Shown: piece after piece, positions 54,125-64,000 of the stretch
How positions within the stretch are numbered: position 1 is the stretch's first letter
How the letters are laid out: each line of letters begins with the position of its first letter
DNA from: Faecousia sp.
GTDB taxonomy: Bacteria > Bacillota > Clostridia > Oscillospirales > Oscillospiraceae
Length of the DNA: 64,000 nucleotides
Reading direction: 5' to 3'
Assembly (NCBI GenBank): GCA_051892295.1
Contig: JBJFGB010000009.1
Span: 2,170-66,169, forward strand
Position numbers and translations under genes: made by a program
Notes under the pieces: generated by a model
What the model was told of the DNA's origin: nothing
The model's database searches: none
What the model saw: the letters and a program-made list of their open reading frames with translations, nothing else

Positions 54125-56773
54125 ATGGCAAAGAATCCGCAGATGCCCGCAAAGCAGCCGCATATTGCATGGCGTATCACCCGCGTCGTTTTGCATATCC
54201 TCGGTAAGATTCTTCTTTGGGCAATGATCATTGCCGGTACGGCAGCGTTGATTGCCGCAATCGCAGGCACGATTTTTATGACAAAATTTTCCGATTATCT
54301 CAAGCAGGATGTCATTCCCAAAAGCAGAGAATATGCGGAGTCTCTCGAGCTGGACAAAATTTCGCTGGCGCAGACCTCTATCATTTATTATTTAGATTCG
54401 GACAGCGGCGAGTATCGCGAATTGCAGCAGCTCTATGCTACGCAAAACCGCATTTGGGTCTCTTATGATGAGATTCCGTCGGATCTGGTGCACGCCGCAA
54501 TTGCTATCGAGGATAAGCGCTACTTGGAGCATGACGGCGTTGACTGGCTGCGTACACTGTCCGCCGTGCGCAACTTCATCGGCGGCGACTCCTCCTTCGG
54601 CGCTTCGACGATCACGCAGCAGCTCATCAAAAATCTCTCGCAGGAGGACGATATCACTGTCAACCGCAAAGTGCAGGAGATTTTCCGCGCCCTTGCCGTT
54701 GAGGAGCGCTACACCAAAACCGAAATCATGGAGTGGTATCTCAATACCATCTATCTCGGCGAGGGCTGCTACGGTGTGCAGAGCGCCGCAGAGGTCTATT
54801 TCGCCAAAGATGTCGGAGAACTGACAACCGCTGAGTGCGCGAGTCTCATTGCCATCACAAACAATCCCTCTCTTTACGACCCGTATATCAATCCGGAGGG
54901 AAACCGCCGCCGTCAGCTCATTATTCTCGACGAGATGTACGCCCAGGGCTACATTAAAACGGAAGCGGAGTTAGAGGCTGCAAAGGCACAGGAGATGGTC
55001 TTCCATAACGGTCGTTATGACGAGGAGACCTATGTCTGCGGTAATTGCGGCTTTGAAGGTCCTCGCAGCGAATATATCGAGCAGGAGGAGGACGCATATT
55101 TCTGCCCGAACTGCAATACGCAAAACTACGCCGTAGACGATAACAACGCCTATTCCTATTTTGTGGACACGGTCTACCGAGATGTGGTCAACGATCTGTG
55201 CGACAAATATGATCTGAGCGAGCAGGCGGCGGTGCAGAAGCTTCTGACCGGCGGTTACCGCATCTACTCGACCTATGATCCCAAAGCGCAGGAGCTGGTC
55301 GACCGTGTGTACGAGAACCCCGACAATGTGCCGAACACCGTCAGCACGCAGCAGCTCCAATCCGCCATTGTTCTGATTGATAACGAGACAGGCGACATTA
55401 TCGCCATGTCCGGCGGCGTAGGCGAGAAGGAAGCCAGCCTTTCGCTCAACCGTGCAACGCAAAGCAAGCTGCCGACGGGCTCCTCCATCAAGCCAATCGC
55501 CGTTTACGCTCCCGCGCTTGATGCGGGTATTATCACCCCGGCAACCGTTTTTGAAGACTCGCCGTTTTATGACGACACCTCCTGGCCGAAAAACAGCAGC
55601 GGCAGCTATAGCGGTCCCTGCCTTGTGCTGCGCGGCGTCGCCGCCTCTCTGAACACCATCTCCGTAAAAACGCTGGACGCACTCGGCACCCAGAACAGTT
55701 ATGATTTCCTCACCCAAAAGATGGGAATCACCACGCTGGTTGACTCCCTCGAACGCGGCGGTCAGCATTACACCGATATTGCCTACGCGCCTTTGGGGTT
55801 GGGCGAGCTGACCTACGGTTTGACCGTGCGTGAAATGACGCAGGCTTACGCCGTGTTCGCGAACAACGGCGTGTTCCGTGAGGCGCGCACCTATACGCTG
55901 GTCGTCGATCCCGAGGGCAACACTGTTTTGGAGAACACGCAGGAGAGTCACACCGCCATCAGTGAAAAGGCAAACTACTATATGACCTATATGTTGGAAA
56001 ACGTCGTTTCCAGCGGCACCGGCACGCCTGCATATATGAGCAATATGGCAGCCGCAGGCAAAACGGGCACCTCCAACAACAACCAAACCCGCTGGTTTGC
56101 AGGCTATACGCCTTATTACACCGCGGTGGTCTGGTGCGGCTACGACGAGCCGGAAGAGGTCATTCTCTCCGATTCGTGGACGAATCCCGCCATCGTAATG
56201 TGGAATCAGGTCATGAAGCCGCTGCATGAGGGGCTGGACTACCGCTCCTTCCCGCAGCCCGATGGCGTAGGCTACTATTCCGTCTGCTCTGATTGCGGTA
56301 TGCTGGCAGCCGAGGCTTGCGAGAAGGACGTCCGCAGCAACGGGCAAAACCGTGTAACGACCGTGCGTCTGTTCTGGCAGGATGCGCCGAAGGAGAAATG
56401 CACCTGTCATACGATGGTCAAGATCTGTGAGGCCTCCGGTAAGATTGCAAACGAGTATTGCGAGCATGTTGAGGGCAACACCGTTACAGAGCGAGGCATG
56501 CTCATCTTCAACAAGGATTGGAAGGTCAACAAGGACGAACCCTATGTCTATAATGAGAAGGATGAGGGCTCGTTCTGCACCCTGCATACTGCGGACTCCA
56601 CACGTCCTTCTACCGAGGCTCCCACTGAGCCGAATACGGAGCCAACTGCGCCGACCGAACCGACCAATACAACAGAGCCGACCGAGGCACCGCAGCCATC
56701 CACCGACCCCGCCGCCGCGCTCCCGCCGGATGAGGCGCCGTGGTATGCCCGGCGGAGGATTCAAACCGCATAA
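54125..56773 (+). CDS. class A penicillin-binding protein (GT51 glycosyltransferase plus transpeptidase)
   Basis: GT51 motifs (AIEDKRYLEHDGVD, GASTITQQL), transpeptidase SxxK (TGSSIKP), and KTGT. It also has a CxxC-X18-CxxC insert, a Cys-rich region and a T/E/P-rich tail. Confidence 0.9.
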   Translation: MAKNPQMPAKQPHIAWRITRVVLHILGKILLWAMIIAGTAALIAAIAGTIFMTKFSDYLKQDVIPKSREYAESLELDKISLAQTSIIYYLDSDSGEYRELQQLYATQNRIWVSYDEIPSDLVHAAIAIEDKRYLEHDGVDWLRTLSAVRNFIGGDSSFGASTITQQLIKNLSQEDDITVNRKVQEIFRALAVEERYTKTEIMEWYLNTIYLGEGCYGVQSAAEVYFAKDVGELTTAECASLIAITNNPSLYDPYINPEGNRRRQLIILDEMYAQGYIKTEAELEAAKAQEMVFHNGRYDEETYVCGNCGFEGPRSEYIEQEEDAYFCPNCNTQNYAVDDNNAYSYFVDTVYRDVVNDLCDKYDLSEQAAVQKLLTGGYRIYSTYDPKAQELVDRVYENPDNVPNTVSTQQLQSAIVLIDNETGDIIAMSGGVGEKEASLSLNRATQSKLPTGSSIKPIAVYAPALDAGIITPATVFEDSPFYDDTSWPKNSSGSYSGPCLVLRGVAASLNTISVKTLDALGTQNSYDFLTQKMGITTLVDSLERGGQHYTDIAYAPLGLGELTYGLTVREMTQAYAVFANNGVFREARTYTLVVDPEGNTVLENTQESHTAISEKANYYMTYMLENVVSSGTGTPAYMSNMAAAGKTGTSNNNQTRWFAGYTPYYTAVVWCGYDEPEEVILSDSWTNPAIVMWNQVMKPLHEGLDYRSFPQPDGVGYYSVCSDCGMLAAEACEKDVRSNGQNRVTTVRLFWQDAPKEKCTCHTMVKICEASGKIANEYCEHVEGNTVTERGMLIFNKDWKVNKDEPYVYNEKDEGSFCTLHTADSTRPSTEAPTEPNTEPTAPTEPTNTTEPTEAPQPSTDPAAALPPDEAPWYARRRIQTA

Positions 56774-56805
56774 ACCAATAGATTATAGACAGCAGGAGAA
56801 GCCCC

Positions 56806-57684
56806 ATGTGGATTGCAAAGCATTGGAAGGACTATGAAGTCCTCGACACCTCCGACGGAGAGAAACTCGAACGTTGGGGAAAATACTATCTGGTTCGCCC
56901 TGACCCGCAGGTCATTTGGGCAACACCGAAGCAGCACGCGCGCTGGCGCAGCTATGACGCCCGCTACGCCCGTTCGACCAGTGGCGGCGGTCAGTGGTCG
57001 CAGCATAAGCTTCCCGACCGCTGGCAGATTCGCTACCGCGATCTGACCTTCAATGTAAAGCCGATGAATTTTAAGCACACGGGAATCTTTCCCGAGCAAG
57101 CGGTCAACTGGGACTTTATTGATGCCCAGATTCGCTCTGCGGGTCGTCCCGTCAGCGTTTTGAATCTCTTTGCCTACACCGGCGGCGCAACGCTTGCAGC
57201 CGCAAAAGCCGGCGCGTCCGTTTGCCATGTGGACGCGGCAAAGGGCATGGTAGCATGGGCGCGGGAAAACGCAGCCTCCTCGGGTCTGTCCGAGGCACCG
57301 ATTCGCTGGATTATCGACGACTGCGCAAAATTTGTCGAGCGCGAGATCAAACGCGGCAGGCGTTATGATGCCGTGATCATGGATCCCCCCTCTTACGGTC
57401 GGGGACCTTCCGGTGAGATTTGGAAGCTGGAAAAGGATCTTTATCCGTTTCTGAAGCTGGTAGCGGGCGTACTGTCGGACAAGCCGCTCTTTTTCATCAT
57501 CAATTCCTACACCACCGGGCTTGCGCCGTCCGTGCTGACCTGTCTTTTGGACACCATCCTCACGCCCCGCTTCGGCGGGCAGACTGTCTCGGAGGAATTG
57601 GGTCTGCCCGTGACGGAGTCCGGCATTGTGCTTCCCTGCGGCGCTTCCGCACATTGGACGGCGGAGGGGAGGGATGCCGGATGA
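56806..57684 (+). CDS. class I SAM-dependent methyltransferase (RlmI/YwbD-like)
   Basis: VLNLFAYTGGATL (SAM motif I) and IMDPPSYGRG (DPPxF/Y motif). Confidence 0.8.
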   Translation: MWIAKHWKDYEVLDTSDGEKLERWGKYYLVRPDPQVIWATPKQHARWRSYDARYARSTSGGGQWSQHKLPDRWQIRYRDLTFNVKPMNFKHTGIFPEQAVNWDFIDAQIRSAGRPVSVLNLFAYTGGATLAAAKAGASVCHVDAAKGMVAWARENAASSGLSEAPIRWIIDDCAKFVEREIKRGRRYDAVIMDPPSYGRGPSGEIWKLEKDLYPFLKLVAGVLSDKPLFFIINSYTTGLAPSVLTCLLDTILTPRFGGQTVSEELGLPVTESGIVLPCGASAHWTAEGRDAG

Positions 57685-58529
57685 GCGAGGCAATCAAAAT
57701 TGCCGATTTGCACTTTTCCTACGCCTCGCAGACGGGAGAACTGCCTCTGAAGGTCTTTGACGGGCTTGATCTCACGATTGCGCAGGGCAGCTTCGTCGCC
57801 GTACTCGGGCATAACGGCTGCGGGAAATCGACGTTGGCTAAGCATTTAAACGCCATTTTGCTGCCGGAAGGCGGCAGCGTCAGCGTTTTCGGCATGGATA
57901 CCAAGGACGAGGCGCTTCTGCTTAACATCCGCCGCACCGTTGGCATGGTATTTCAAAATCCCGACAATCAGATGGTCGCCAATGTCGTCGAGGAGGATGT
58001 CGCCTTTGCCCCCGAAAACCTCGGCGTTCCGTCGGAGGAGATTCGTGAGCGGGTCGATGATGCGCTCAAAGCCGTCGGTATGTACGAATACCGCAAGCAT
58101 GCGCCCCACCTGCTCTCCGGCGGACAGAAGCAGCGCGTCGCCATCGCCGGGGTAATCGCCATGCAGCCGCAGTGCATCGTCCTTGACGAGCCGACAGCGA
58201 TGCTGGACCCCCACGGGCGCGAGGAGGTCATTCGCACCATTGAGCGTCTGAATAAAGAAAAAGGCATTACCGTTGTGTTAATCACCCATCATATGACCGA
58301 AGCGATCCGCGCTGACCGCGTGATTGTCATGGATGAGGGTAAGATTCTGACCGACGGCACCCCGAAAGAGGTGTTTACTCAGGTGGAGCTGCTGCGTAAC
58401 GCGGGCTTAAGCGTTCCGGCAACTACGCAGCTCCTTTATGAGCTGAACAAGGCAGGCTGCAATCTGCCGCCGGACGCGCTTTCCACAGAAGAATGTGCGC
58501 AGGCACTTTACGCAATGTTAAAGGCTTGA
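57681..58529 (+). CDS. ecfA1: energy-coupling factor transporter ATPase EcfA1
   Basis: GHNGCGKST, LSGGQKQRVAIAG. Start at ATG 57681, overlapping the upstream stop (ATGA). Confidence 0.9.
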   Translation: MSEAIKIADLHFSYASQTGELPLKVFDGLDLTIAQGSFVAVLGHNGCGKSTLAKHLNAILLPEGGSVSVFGMDTKDEALLLNIRRTVGMVFQNPDNQMVANVVEEDVAFAPENLGVPSEEIRERVDDALKAVGMYEYRKHAPHLLSGGQKQRVAIAGVIAMQPQCIVLDEPTAMLDPHGREEVIRTIERLNKEKGITVVLITHHMTEAIRADRVIVMDEGKILTDGTPKEVFTQVELLRNAGLSVPATTQLLYELNKAGCNLPPDALSTEECAQALYAMLKA

Positions 58530-58548
58530 CCACAAGGAGGAACCACAT

Positions 58549-59415
58549 TTGTCTGCAATCATCGAGGTGCAAAACCTCTGCCATACCTACAGCGTCGGCA
58601 CACCCTTTGAGCACGCCGCTGTGAAGCATATTTCCTTTTCCGTGGAGAAGGGTGAGTTTCTGGGGCTGATTGGACACACCGGCTCCGGGAAATCCACGCT
58701 GATTCAACATTTGAACGGGCTGCTCAAGCCGACCGAGGGCGATATTCTCCTCGGCGGCGAGAGCATTTGGAAGGACAAAGAGACGACCCGCGCGGCGCGT
58801 TTTCGCGTCGGGCTGGTCTTTCAGTATCCGGAATACCAGCTTTTTGAGGAAACGGTATATAAGGATATCGCCTTCGGTCCGAGGAATATGGGGCTGAAGG
58901 AGGAGGAAATCCGAAATCGTGTCCTGCGTGCAATCGGATTTGTCGGGCTGGATGCGTCCGTTTTGGACAAGTCTCCCTTTGATCTTTCCGGCGGGCAGAA
59001 GCGCCGCGTCGCCATCGCGGGCGTAATCGCCATGGAGCCGGAAATTGTGATTTTTGACGAGCCGACCGCCGGTCTTGACCCTGCCGGCTGCGCTTCCCTG
59101 CTGGAAAACATTCGCGCCTATCAAAGCTCTACGCAGGCGACCGTGATTATGGTCAGCCATTCGATGGACGAGGTTGCCGCGCTTGCGGATCGTCTGCTCG
59201 TATTGAACGAGGGCAGCGTCGAAATGCTCGGCGCACCGAAGGAGGTCTTTTCTCACGCGGAGCGCCTGCGTGAAATCGGTCTTGCCGTTCCGCAGATCAC
59301 CTCCCTGTTTTTGCGTCTGCGGGAGTTGGGTGTCAATGTTGACCCCGCGACCTATACCGTAGCGGATGCCTTGCGTCAGCTTCTTCTCCTGAAGGGAGGC
59401 AAAGCCGATGCTTAA
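58549..59415 (+). CDS. ecfA2: energy-coupling factor transporter ATPase EcfA2
   Basis: GHTGSGKST, LSGGQKRRVAIAG; TTG start with AAGGAGG RBS. Confidence 0.9.
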   Translation: MSAIIEVQNLCHTYSVGTPFEHAAVKHISFSVEKGEFLGLIGHTGSGKSTLIQHLNGLLKPTEGDILLGGESIWKDKETTRAARFRVGLVFQYPEYQLFEETVYKDIAFGPRNMGLKEEEIRNRVLRAIGFVGLDASVLDKSPFDLSGGQKRRVAIAGVIAMEPEIVIFDEPTAGLDPAGCASLLENIRAYQSSTQATVIMVSHSMDEVAALADRLLVLNEGSVEMLGAPKEVFSHAERLREIGLAVPQITSLFLRLRELGVNVDPATYTVADALRQLLLLKGGKADA

Positions 59416-60211
59416 AGACATTACCCTCGGGCAGTATTTCCCGGGAGATACCGTAATCCACCGTCTTGACCCGCGAACAAAGCTCTTGATGGTCATTCTA
59501 TATATCGTTGCGCTGTTTCTGTGCAAATGGTTTATCTCCTATGCCGTCGCGCTTCTCTTTTTGGTGACTGCCGTCGCCCTGTCTAAGATTCGTCCAAAGG
59601 CGCTGTTTAAGGGCTTGAAGCCGCTGCTTATTATCATTATTTTTACGGCTGTCTTGAACCTTTTCTATACCGACGGTACGGTTTTGGTGAAATTTTGGGT
59701 CTTTAAGATCACCCGAGAGGGCATTATGAACGCCGTTTTCCTCGTGCTGCGTATTATGCTGCTGGTCATGGGCACCTTTTTGCTCACCTATACCACCTCT
59801 CCCATCGCGCTGACGGACGGCTTGGAGTCGCTCCTCTCTCCATTGAAAAAGCTGCATTTTCCTGTGCATGAGCTTGCAATGATGATGAGCATCGCGCTGC
59901 GCTTTATCCCGACCTTGATTGAAGAGACCGACAAAATCATCTCGGCGCAGAAGGCGCGCGGTGCGGATTTCGAGACCGGTAACATCTTCCGCCGCGCCAA
60001 AGCACTGATTCCGATTCTCGTGCCTCTGTTTGTCAGCGCCTTTCGGCGGGCAGACGAGCTGGCAACGGCAATGGAATGCCGCTGCTATCACGGCGGGCAG
60101 GGGCGCACCAAGCTCAAGCAGCTCCGTTACCGCAGGCGCGATGTAATCACGCTCCTGCTCGGCGCCGTTCTGTTGTCCGGCGTGATTGTACTGCGCCACT
60201 TTGGGCTTTAA
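59408..60211 (+). CDS. ecfT: energy-coupling factor transporter transmembrane component EcfT
   Basis: 267 aa, 5-6 TM, conserved ARG / RRADELA region. Confidence 0.9.
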   Translation: MLKDITLGQYFPGDTVIHRLDPRTKLLMVILYIVALFLCKWFISYAVALLFLVTAVALSKIRPKALFKGLKPLLIIIIFTAVLNLFYTDGTVLVKFWVFKITREGIMNAVFLVLRIMLLVMGTFLLTYTTSPIALTDGLESLLSPLKKLHFPVHELAMMMSIALRFIPTLIEETDKIISAQKARGADFETGNIFRRAKALIPILVPLFVSAFRRADELATAMECRCYHGGQGRTKLKQLRYRRRDVITLLLGAVLLSGVIVLRHFGL

Positions 60212-60233
60212 AGAAACTTCGGGAGGGATTTCC

Positions 60234-60998
60234 TTGCGGAATATCGCCTTATTCTTGAAATACGACGGCACCGCCTATCACGGCTGGCAGGTGCAGAAAA
60301 ACGCCCGCTCCGTAGCGCAGACGCTGGAAGAAGCGACCGCTGCGGTTGTCGGGCATAAGGTGCATCTGACCGGCTGCGGCCGCACCGACGCAGGCGTTCA
60401 CGCCAGAGTCTATGTGGCAAATTTTCGCACGGAGGCGCGGATCCCGACCGACCGCCTCCCTTACGCGCTCAACACCCATCTTCCCGACGACATTGTTGTA
60501 TATGACGCGCGAGAGGTGCCGGACGGCTTTAACGCCATCGGCTCGTGCATCCGCAAGGAGTATACTTATCAAATTTATAATTCCCACATTCGCGATCCGT
60601 TTTATGTGAATCGTGTTTGGTTTTATCCCAAGCATTTAGACGAAGGCGTGATGCAGGAGGCGGCGGCGCAGTTCGTCGGCACCCACGATTTCGCCGCCGT
60701 ACGTTCGGTGGGGACGGAGGTTCGTTCCACGGTGCGCACCGTGCATCATTTTGAAGTTGAGCGTAAAGGCGACCTGCTTTTCTTCCGCGTCTGTGCCAAC
60801 GGCTTCCTGTACAATATGGCACGCGCGATGGTTGGTACGGTGGTCTATGCTGCCGAGGGCAAGCTCGCCCCAACCGACATAGGTAAGATTCTTTCGGTTG
60901 GCAACCGCACCGCTGCGGGACCTACCGTACCCGCAGGAGGTTTATACATGACGCAGCTTTGGTATGATGACGGGGAGGTGAAGTTCCATGTCCGATAA
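60234..60998 (+). CDS. truA: tRNA pseudouridine(38-40) synthase
   Basis: YDGTAYHGWQVQ.., GCGRTDAGVHA catalytic Asp. Probable TTG start at 60234 (GGGAGGG RBS); the track ORF starts at 60186. Confidence 0.9.
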   Translation: MRNIALFLKYDGTAYHGWQVQKNARSVAQTLEEATAAVVGHKVHLTGCGRTDAGVHARVYVANFRTEARIPTDRLPYALNTHLPDDIVVYDAREVPDGFNAIGSCIRKEYTYQIYNSHIRDPFYVNRVWFYPKHLDEGVMQEAAAQFVGTHDFAAVRSVGTEVRSTVRTVHHFEVERKGDLLFFRVCANGFLYNMARAMVGTVVYAAEGKLAPTDIGKILSVGNRTAAGPTVPAGGLYMTQLWYDDGEVKFHVR

Positions 60999-62160
60999 AA
61001 CGGAGATCCAATTTGTCGAAGAAACGCCGGAAGAGCGCAAGCCCTCCGCAAAAAAGCGCTGGCTGATTTTTGCCGGTGTTTTACTGCTGATTCTCCTTCT
61101 GTTGGCGTGGTTTTTGCTTTCGAACAGCACCTCGCTCGATGGCGTGAAGCGTTTTTTCCGCTATCTCGGCAAGGATGAATCACAATACGGCAGGCTGCAA
61201 TTTGAAAGCTACGGCACTTGCAGCTATGCTTTGGCAGACGGTCGCTTCGCTGTAGCGACACAGGGCGGCGCGACGCTCTTTGCCGAGGACGGCAGTGCGT
61301 TATGCCGCGTGCAGGGGAGCTTCTCTAACCCCGCCACGAAAAGCGCGGACAGCTTTTTATTGCTCTATGACATCGGCGGAACGCGACTCGTTTTGCTCAA
61401 CAGCGAGGGCGACACGCTCCTTGACACCACAGCCTCAGGCGAGATTTATGACGCGGAGCTGTCTCCCGAAGGCTATATCAGCGTACTTTGCGAGGGCATA
61501 AATTGCCGCGCCTCTCTAACGGTGTATACCAAAAACGGCGCTACACCCTATATTCGAAATTCCAAGAATCATTATCTCAACACCTGCGCCGTCTCTCCCG
61601 ACGGGAAATACGCCGCCGTATCCACACTGGGGCAGCAGGATATCTCCTTTACCGGAACGGTACAGCTTCTGCAAACCGATCAAGAGGAGATTGCGGCAGA
61701 GCTCTCCCTCGGCTCGCAGATGATCTACGAACTGCGTTTCTTAACGAACAAGCGCCTGTGTGCCATTGGGGAACAGCGCATTGTTTTCTTTGAGACGGAC
61801 GGTACCGTTCTTTGTGAATACGAAGAGGACGACGGGGTACTCGTCGGCTACAGCTTTGACGGGGACGGCTTTCTCACCCTCGTCTATGACTTATACGATA
61901 CCGAAGGCGGCAGCCGTCTTGTCACCCTCGACGACACGGGAAAAGAAATCGCCGCTGTCCGCTTGTCGCGTTCCCCTACCCATATCAGCGCCTGCGGCGG
62001 ATATGTTTGTATCCTGAATGAGCAGGAGCTTCTGATCTATGACCGCTCCCTGACGCTGAAAAACAAAACAGAAAACGCAGGCTATCTTGCCGCTTTGGTC
62101 CGCTCGGACGGCACCGCATTGTGTGTGTCCTCCGGCGAAGCGGTTCTCTATATTCCCTGA
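60988..62160 (+). CDS. DUF5711-like membrane-anchored repeat (beta-propeller-like) protein
   Basis: Acidic/basic N-terminus, one TM, then repeated ..G..L...DG.. strands; overlaps truA by 11 nt. Confidence 0.6.
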   Translation: MSDKTEIQFVEETPEERKPSAKKRWLIFAGVLLLILLLLAWFLLSNSTSLDGVKRFFRYLGKDESQYGRLQFESYGTCSYALADGRFAVATQGGATLFAEDGSALCRVQGSFSNPATKSADSFLLLYDIGGTRLVLLNSEGDTLLDTTASGEIYDAELSPEGYISVLCEGINCRASLTVYTKNGATPYIRNSKNHYLNTCAVSPDGKYAAVSTLGQQDISFTGTVQLLQTDQEEIAAELSLGSQMIYELRFLTNKRLCAIGEQRIVFFETDGTVLCEYEEDDGVLVGYSFDGDGFLTLVYDLYDTEGGSRLVTLDDTGKEIAAVRLSRSPTHISACGGYVCILNEQELLIYDRSLTLKNKTENAGYLAALVRSDGTALCVSSGEAVLYIP

Positions 62161-62186
62161 CGCTTCATTCCATAAGGAGGAATTTT

Positions 62187-64000
62187 ATGAAACCCACACT
62201 GTGCAGCAGATGTAAAAAGAATGTTGCTGTGATCTTTATCACCAAGGTCGAAAACGGCAAAAGCACAAATGAGGGACTTTGCCTGAAATGTGCAAAGGAG
62301 CTCGGCATCAAGCAGGTCGATGAGATTGTCGAGCGCATGGGCATCACCGACGAGGATCTTGAAAGCCTGAACGGTGAAATGATGTCTCTGATGCAGCCGG
62401 AGGAAGACGAGGATGAGGACGATATCGGCAGCCGTACCGCAACCTTCCCGCACATGAACCGTCTGTTCGGAAACGCCGGGGAGATTGTGCCCAGAGAGGA
62501 GTCAAAGGAAAAATCGAAAGAGCCGCAGTCTGACAAGCCCAAGAGCAAAAAACATAAGTTTTTGGACACCTACTGTCTCAGTCTGACGGGGAAAGCGCGC
62601 GCCAACGCAATGGATCAGATCATCGGGCGTGAGGTCGAGACGGAGCGCGTCGTACAGATTCTGAACCGTCGCCAAAAGAACAATCCCTGCCTGATTGGCG
62701 AACCGGGCGTCGGCAAGACTGCCATCGCGGAAGGACTCGCCCAGCGTATTGTCGCAGGCAAAGTCCCCTTTAAGCTCCGCGACAAGGAGGTTTATCTGCT
62801 CGATCTGACCTCTTTGGTCGCAGGCACGCAGTTCCGCGGACAGTTTGAAAGCCGTATGAAGAGTCTCATTGCCGAGGTAAAAGCCTGCGGAAACATCATT
62901 CTCGTCATTGACGAGGTGCATAATCTTGTCGGCGCAGGCGACGCGGAAGGCTCCATGAGCGCTGCGAACATTCTGAAGCCCGCCCTCTCGCGCGGCGAAA
63001 TTCAGGTCATCGGTGCGACGACCTTCGCCGAATACCGGAAGTATATCGAAAAGGACGCCGCCTTGGAGCGCCGCTTCCAGCCCGTAACCGTGGCGGAGCC
63101 GACCATTGAGGAGGCTGTCGCTATCATCCGCGGCATCTCCCATTATTACGAGTTGTATCACGGTGTCAAGGTCACTCCCGAAATCGCAAGGCAGGCAGTC
63201 ATTCTCTCCGAGCGCTATATCACCGATCGCTTCCTCCCCGATAAAGCCATCGACCTGCTCGACGAAGCCTGTTCCGATCTCAATCTGCACACCAAGGAGA
63301 TCTCCGACCTTGCCGAAAAGCGCAAGGAACGGGACGATTATAACCTCGAGATCAAAATGCTCACCGAGGATACCGAGCATGAGAATTTTGAGCGTCTTGC
63401 GCTGCTGCGCAGCAATGTTCTGCGCTTGAATCAGGAGATCGCCGCATTGGAGGCGAAGCCCGCGCCCGTATTGACGATGGAAAATCTTGCCCGAGTAATC
63501 GAGATGTGGACGAAGATTCCCGCAAGCAAGATCCGCGCGCAGGAATATGAGCAGCTCCGCACCTTGGAGGAGCGCCTGAAGAAGCGCATTGTCGGGCAGG
63601 ATGAGGCAATCCGCGCTGTCGCCTCCGCGATTCGCCGCAACCGCGTCGGCATTGCAACGAAAAAGCATCCCGTCTCGTTTATCTTTGTCGGCTCCACGGG
63701 CGTCGGCAAGACGGAGCTGGTCAAAACGCTTGCAGACGAGCTGTTTGACTCCGTGGATTCCCTCGTGCGGCTGGATATGTCGGAATATATGGAACGTCAC
63801 TCCGTCTCGAAGCTGATCGGTTCGCCTCCCGGCTACGTCGGCTACGACGAGGCGGGGCAGCTGACGGAGAAGATTCGCCGCAAGCCCTACAGCGTCATTT
63901 TGTTCGATGAATTGGAAAAGGCGCACCCCGACGTACTCAATGTGCTGCTGCAAATTCTCGATGACGGACGCATCACCGACGCGCAGGGCAGAGTGGTCAA
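62187..64000 (+). CDS. ClpC/ClpA-type AAA+ chaperone with N-terminal CxxC..CxxC zinc ribbon instead of Clp_N repeats; 3' end beyond the right edge
   Basis: Own translation from ATG 62187 (AAGGAGG RBS): [32 protein letters not shown].., acidic/basic linker, then D1 ([27 protein letters not shown]) and D2 ([30 protein letters not shown]). Not in the ORF track because it runs off the window. Confidence 0.9.
   Translation, partial: MKPTLCSRCKKNVAVIFITKVENGKSTNEGLCLKCAKELGIKQVDEIVERMGITDEDLESLNGEMMSLMQPEEDEDEDDIGSRTATFPHMNRLFGNAGEIVPREESKEKSKEPQSDKPKSKKHKFLDTYCLSLTGKARANAMDQIIGREVETERVVQILNRRQKNNPCLIGEPGVGKTAIAEGLAQRIVAGKVPFKLRDKEVYLLDLTSLVAGTQFRGQFESRMKSLIAEVKACGNIILVIDEVHNLVGAGDAEGSMSAANILKPALSRGEIQVIGATTFAEYRKYIEKDAALERRFQPVTVAEPTIEEAVAIIRGISHYYELYHGVKVTPEIARQAVILSERYITDRFLPDKAIDLLDEACSDLNLHTKEISDLAEKRKERDDYNLEIKMLTEDTEHENFERLALLRSNVLRLNQEIAALEAKPAPVLTMENLARVIEMWTKIPASKIRAQEYEQLRTLEERLKKRIVGQDEAIRAVASAIRRNRVGIATKKHPVSFIFVGSTGVGKTELVKTLADELFDSVDSLVRLDMSEYMERHSVSKLIGSPPGYVGYDEAGQLTEKIRRKPYSVILFDELEKAHPDVLNVLLQILDDGRITDAQGRVV

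Noticed and set aside
54971-56764. 597-aa ORF on the minus strand
   Set aside because: It is antisense to the class A PBP gene, whose GT51 and SxxK/KTG motifs are unambiguous on the plus strand.
56761-59526. Minus-strand ORFs 56761-57693 (310 aa) and 58423-59526 (367 aa)
   Set aside because: They are antisense to the methyltransferase and ecfA2/ecfT genes.
62502-63953. 483-aa ORF on the minus strand
   Set aside because: It lies entirely antisense to the clearly recognisable ClpC-type AAA+ gene (Walker A/B motifs on the plus strand). Its composition is low-complexity and rich in R/G/D/L/A, as expected for the antisense frame of a high-GC gene, and it has no RBS.
1-64000. Search for prophage, integrative element, defence island, CRISPR-Cas, toxin-antitoxin, or tRNA/rRNA genes
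   Set aside because: I recognised no integrase, transposase, recombinase, phage structural, restriction-modification, cas, RT or TA-like proteins in any frame, and no tRNA- or rRNA-like sequence. Gene content and synteny are those of a core chromosomal region.

Overview
This 64-kb window looks like a chromosomal core region of a high-GC (about 57-58%) spore-forming Clostridia genome, probably Oscillospiraceae/Ruminococcaceae-like. That placement rests on yqfC, yqfD and ylbJ, type-A RNase P RNA, DUF4830, DUF5711 and DHHW proteins; it is an inference and was not searched. Coding density is high and almost all genes are housekeeping.

Gene content, left to right:
- pgm (partial), coaD-rsmD, uvrC, an orphan HPr, mutS2, recO.
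- An era/ybeY/phoH/yqfD/yqfC sporulation-linked operon, then ylbJ.
- A LacI-controlled ribose-type ABC/kinase operon.
- lysS, greA, and the ftsEX-M23-S41 envelope module.
- An FMN riboswitch-ribU unit, an SLH surface protein, and a TetR-ABC2 exporter.
- pdxST, an MBOAT-DHHW pair, and htrA divergent from a two-component system.
- ispDF-murD, rnpB, tcdA, a class A PBP, ecfA1A2T-truA, and a partial clpC-like gene.

I found no transposase, integrase, phage, CRISPR, tRNA, rRNA or recognisable defence genes, and no convincing novel multi-gene system.

The observations most worth a second look:
1. A dispersed family of composite multi-hairpin repeats. Two direct copies of about 180-190 bp bracket the SLH gene, and a third degenerate locus lies at about 22.2-22.5 kb.
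2. An unassigned structured RNA of about 180 nt with its own intrinsic terminator, between the DUF1292 gene and the next gene.
3. Mirrored TTCAGC-N5-TTCAGY direct repeats over both divergent promoters of htrA and the adjacent OmpR-type two-component system. This suggests a CssRS-like secretion-stress circuit.
4. Several unusual domain architectures: LysRS with a C-terminal tRNA-binding domain, a ClpC-like ATPase with an N-terminal zinc ribbon, and PBP1A with a zinc-ribbon insert and a Cys-rich tail.

The many long ORFs antisense to real genes in the track are high-GC artefacts. All functional calls come from reading the translated ORFs and motifs by eye; no database search was run.
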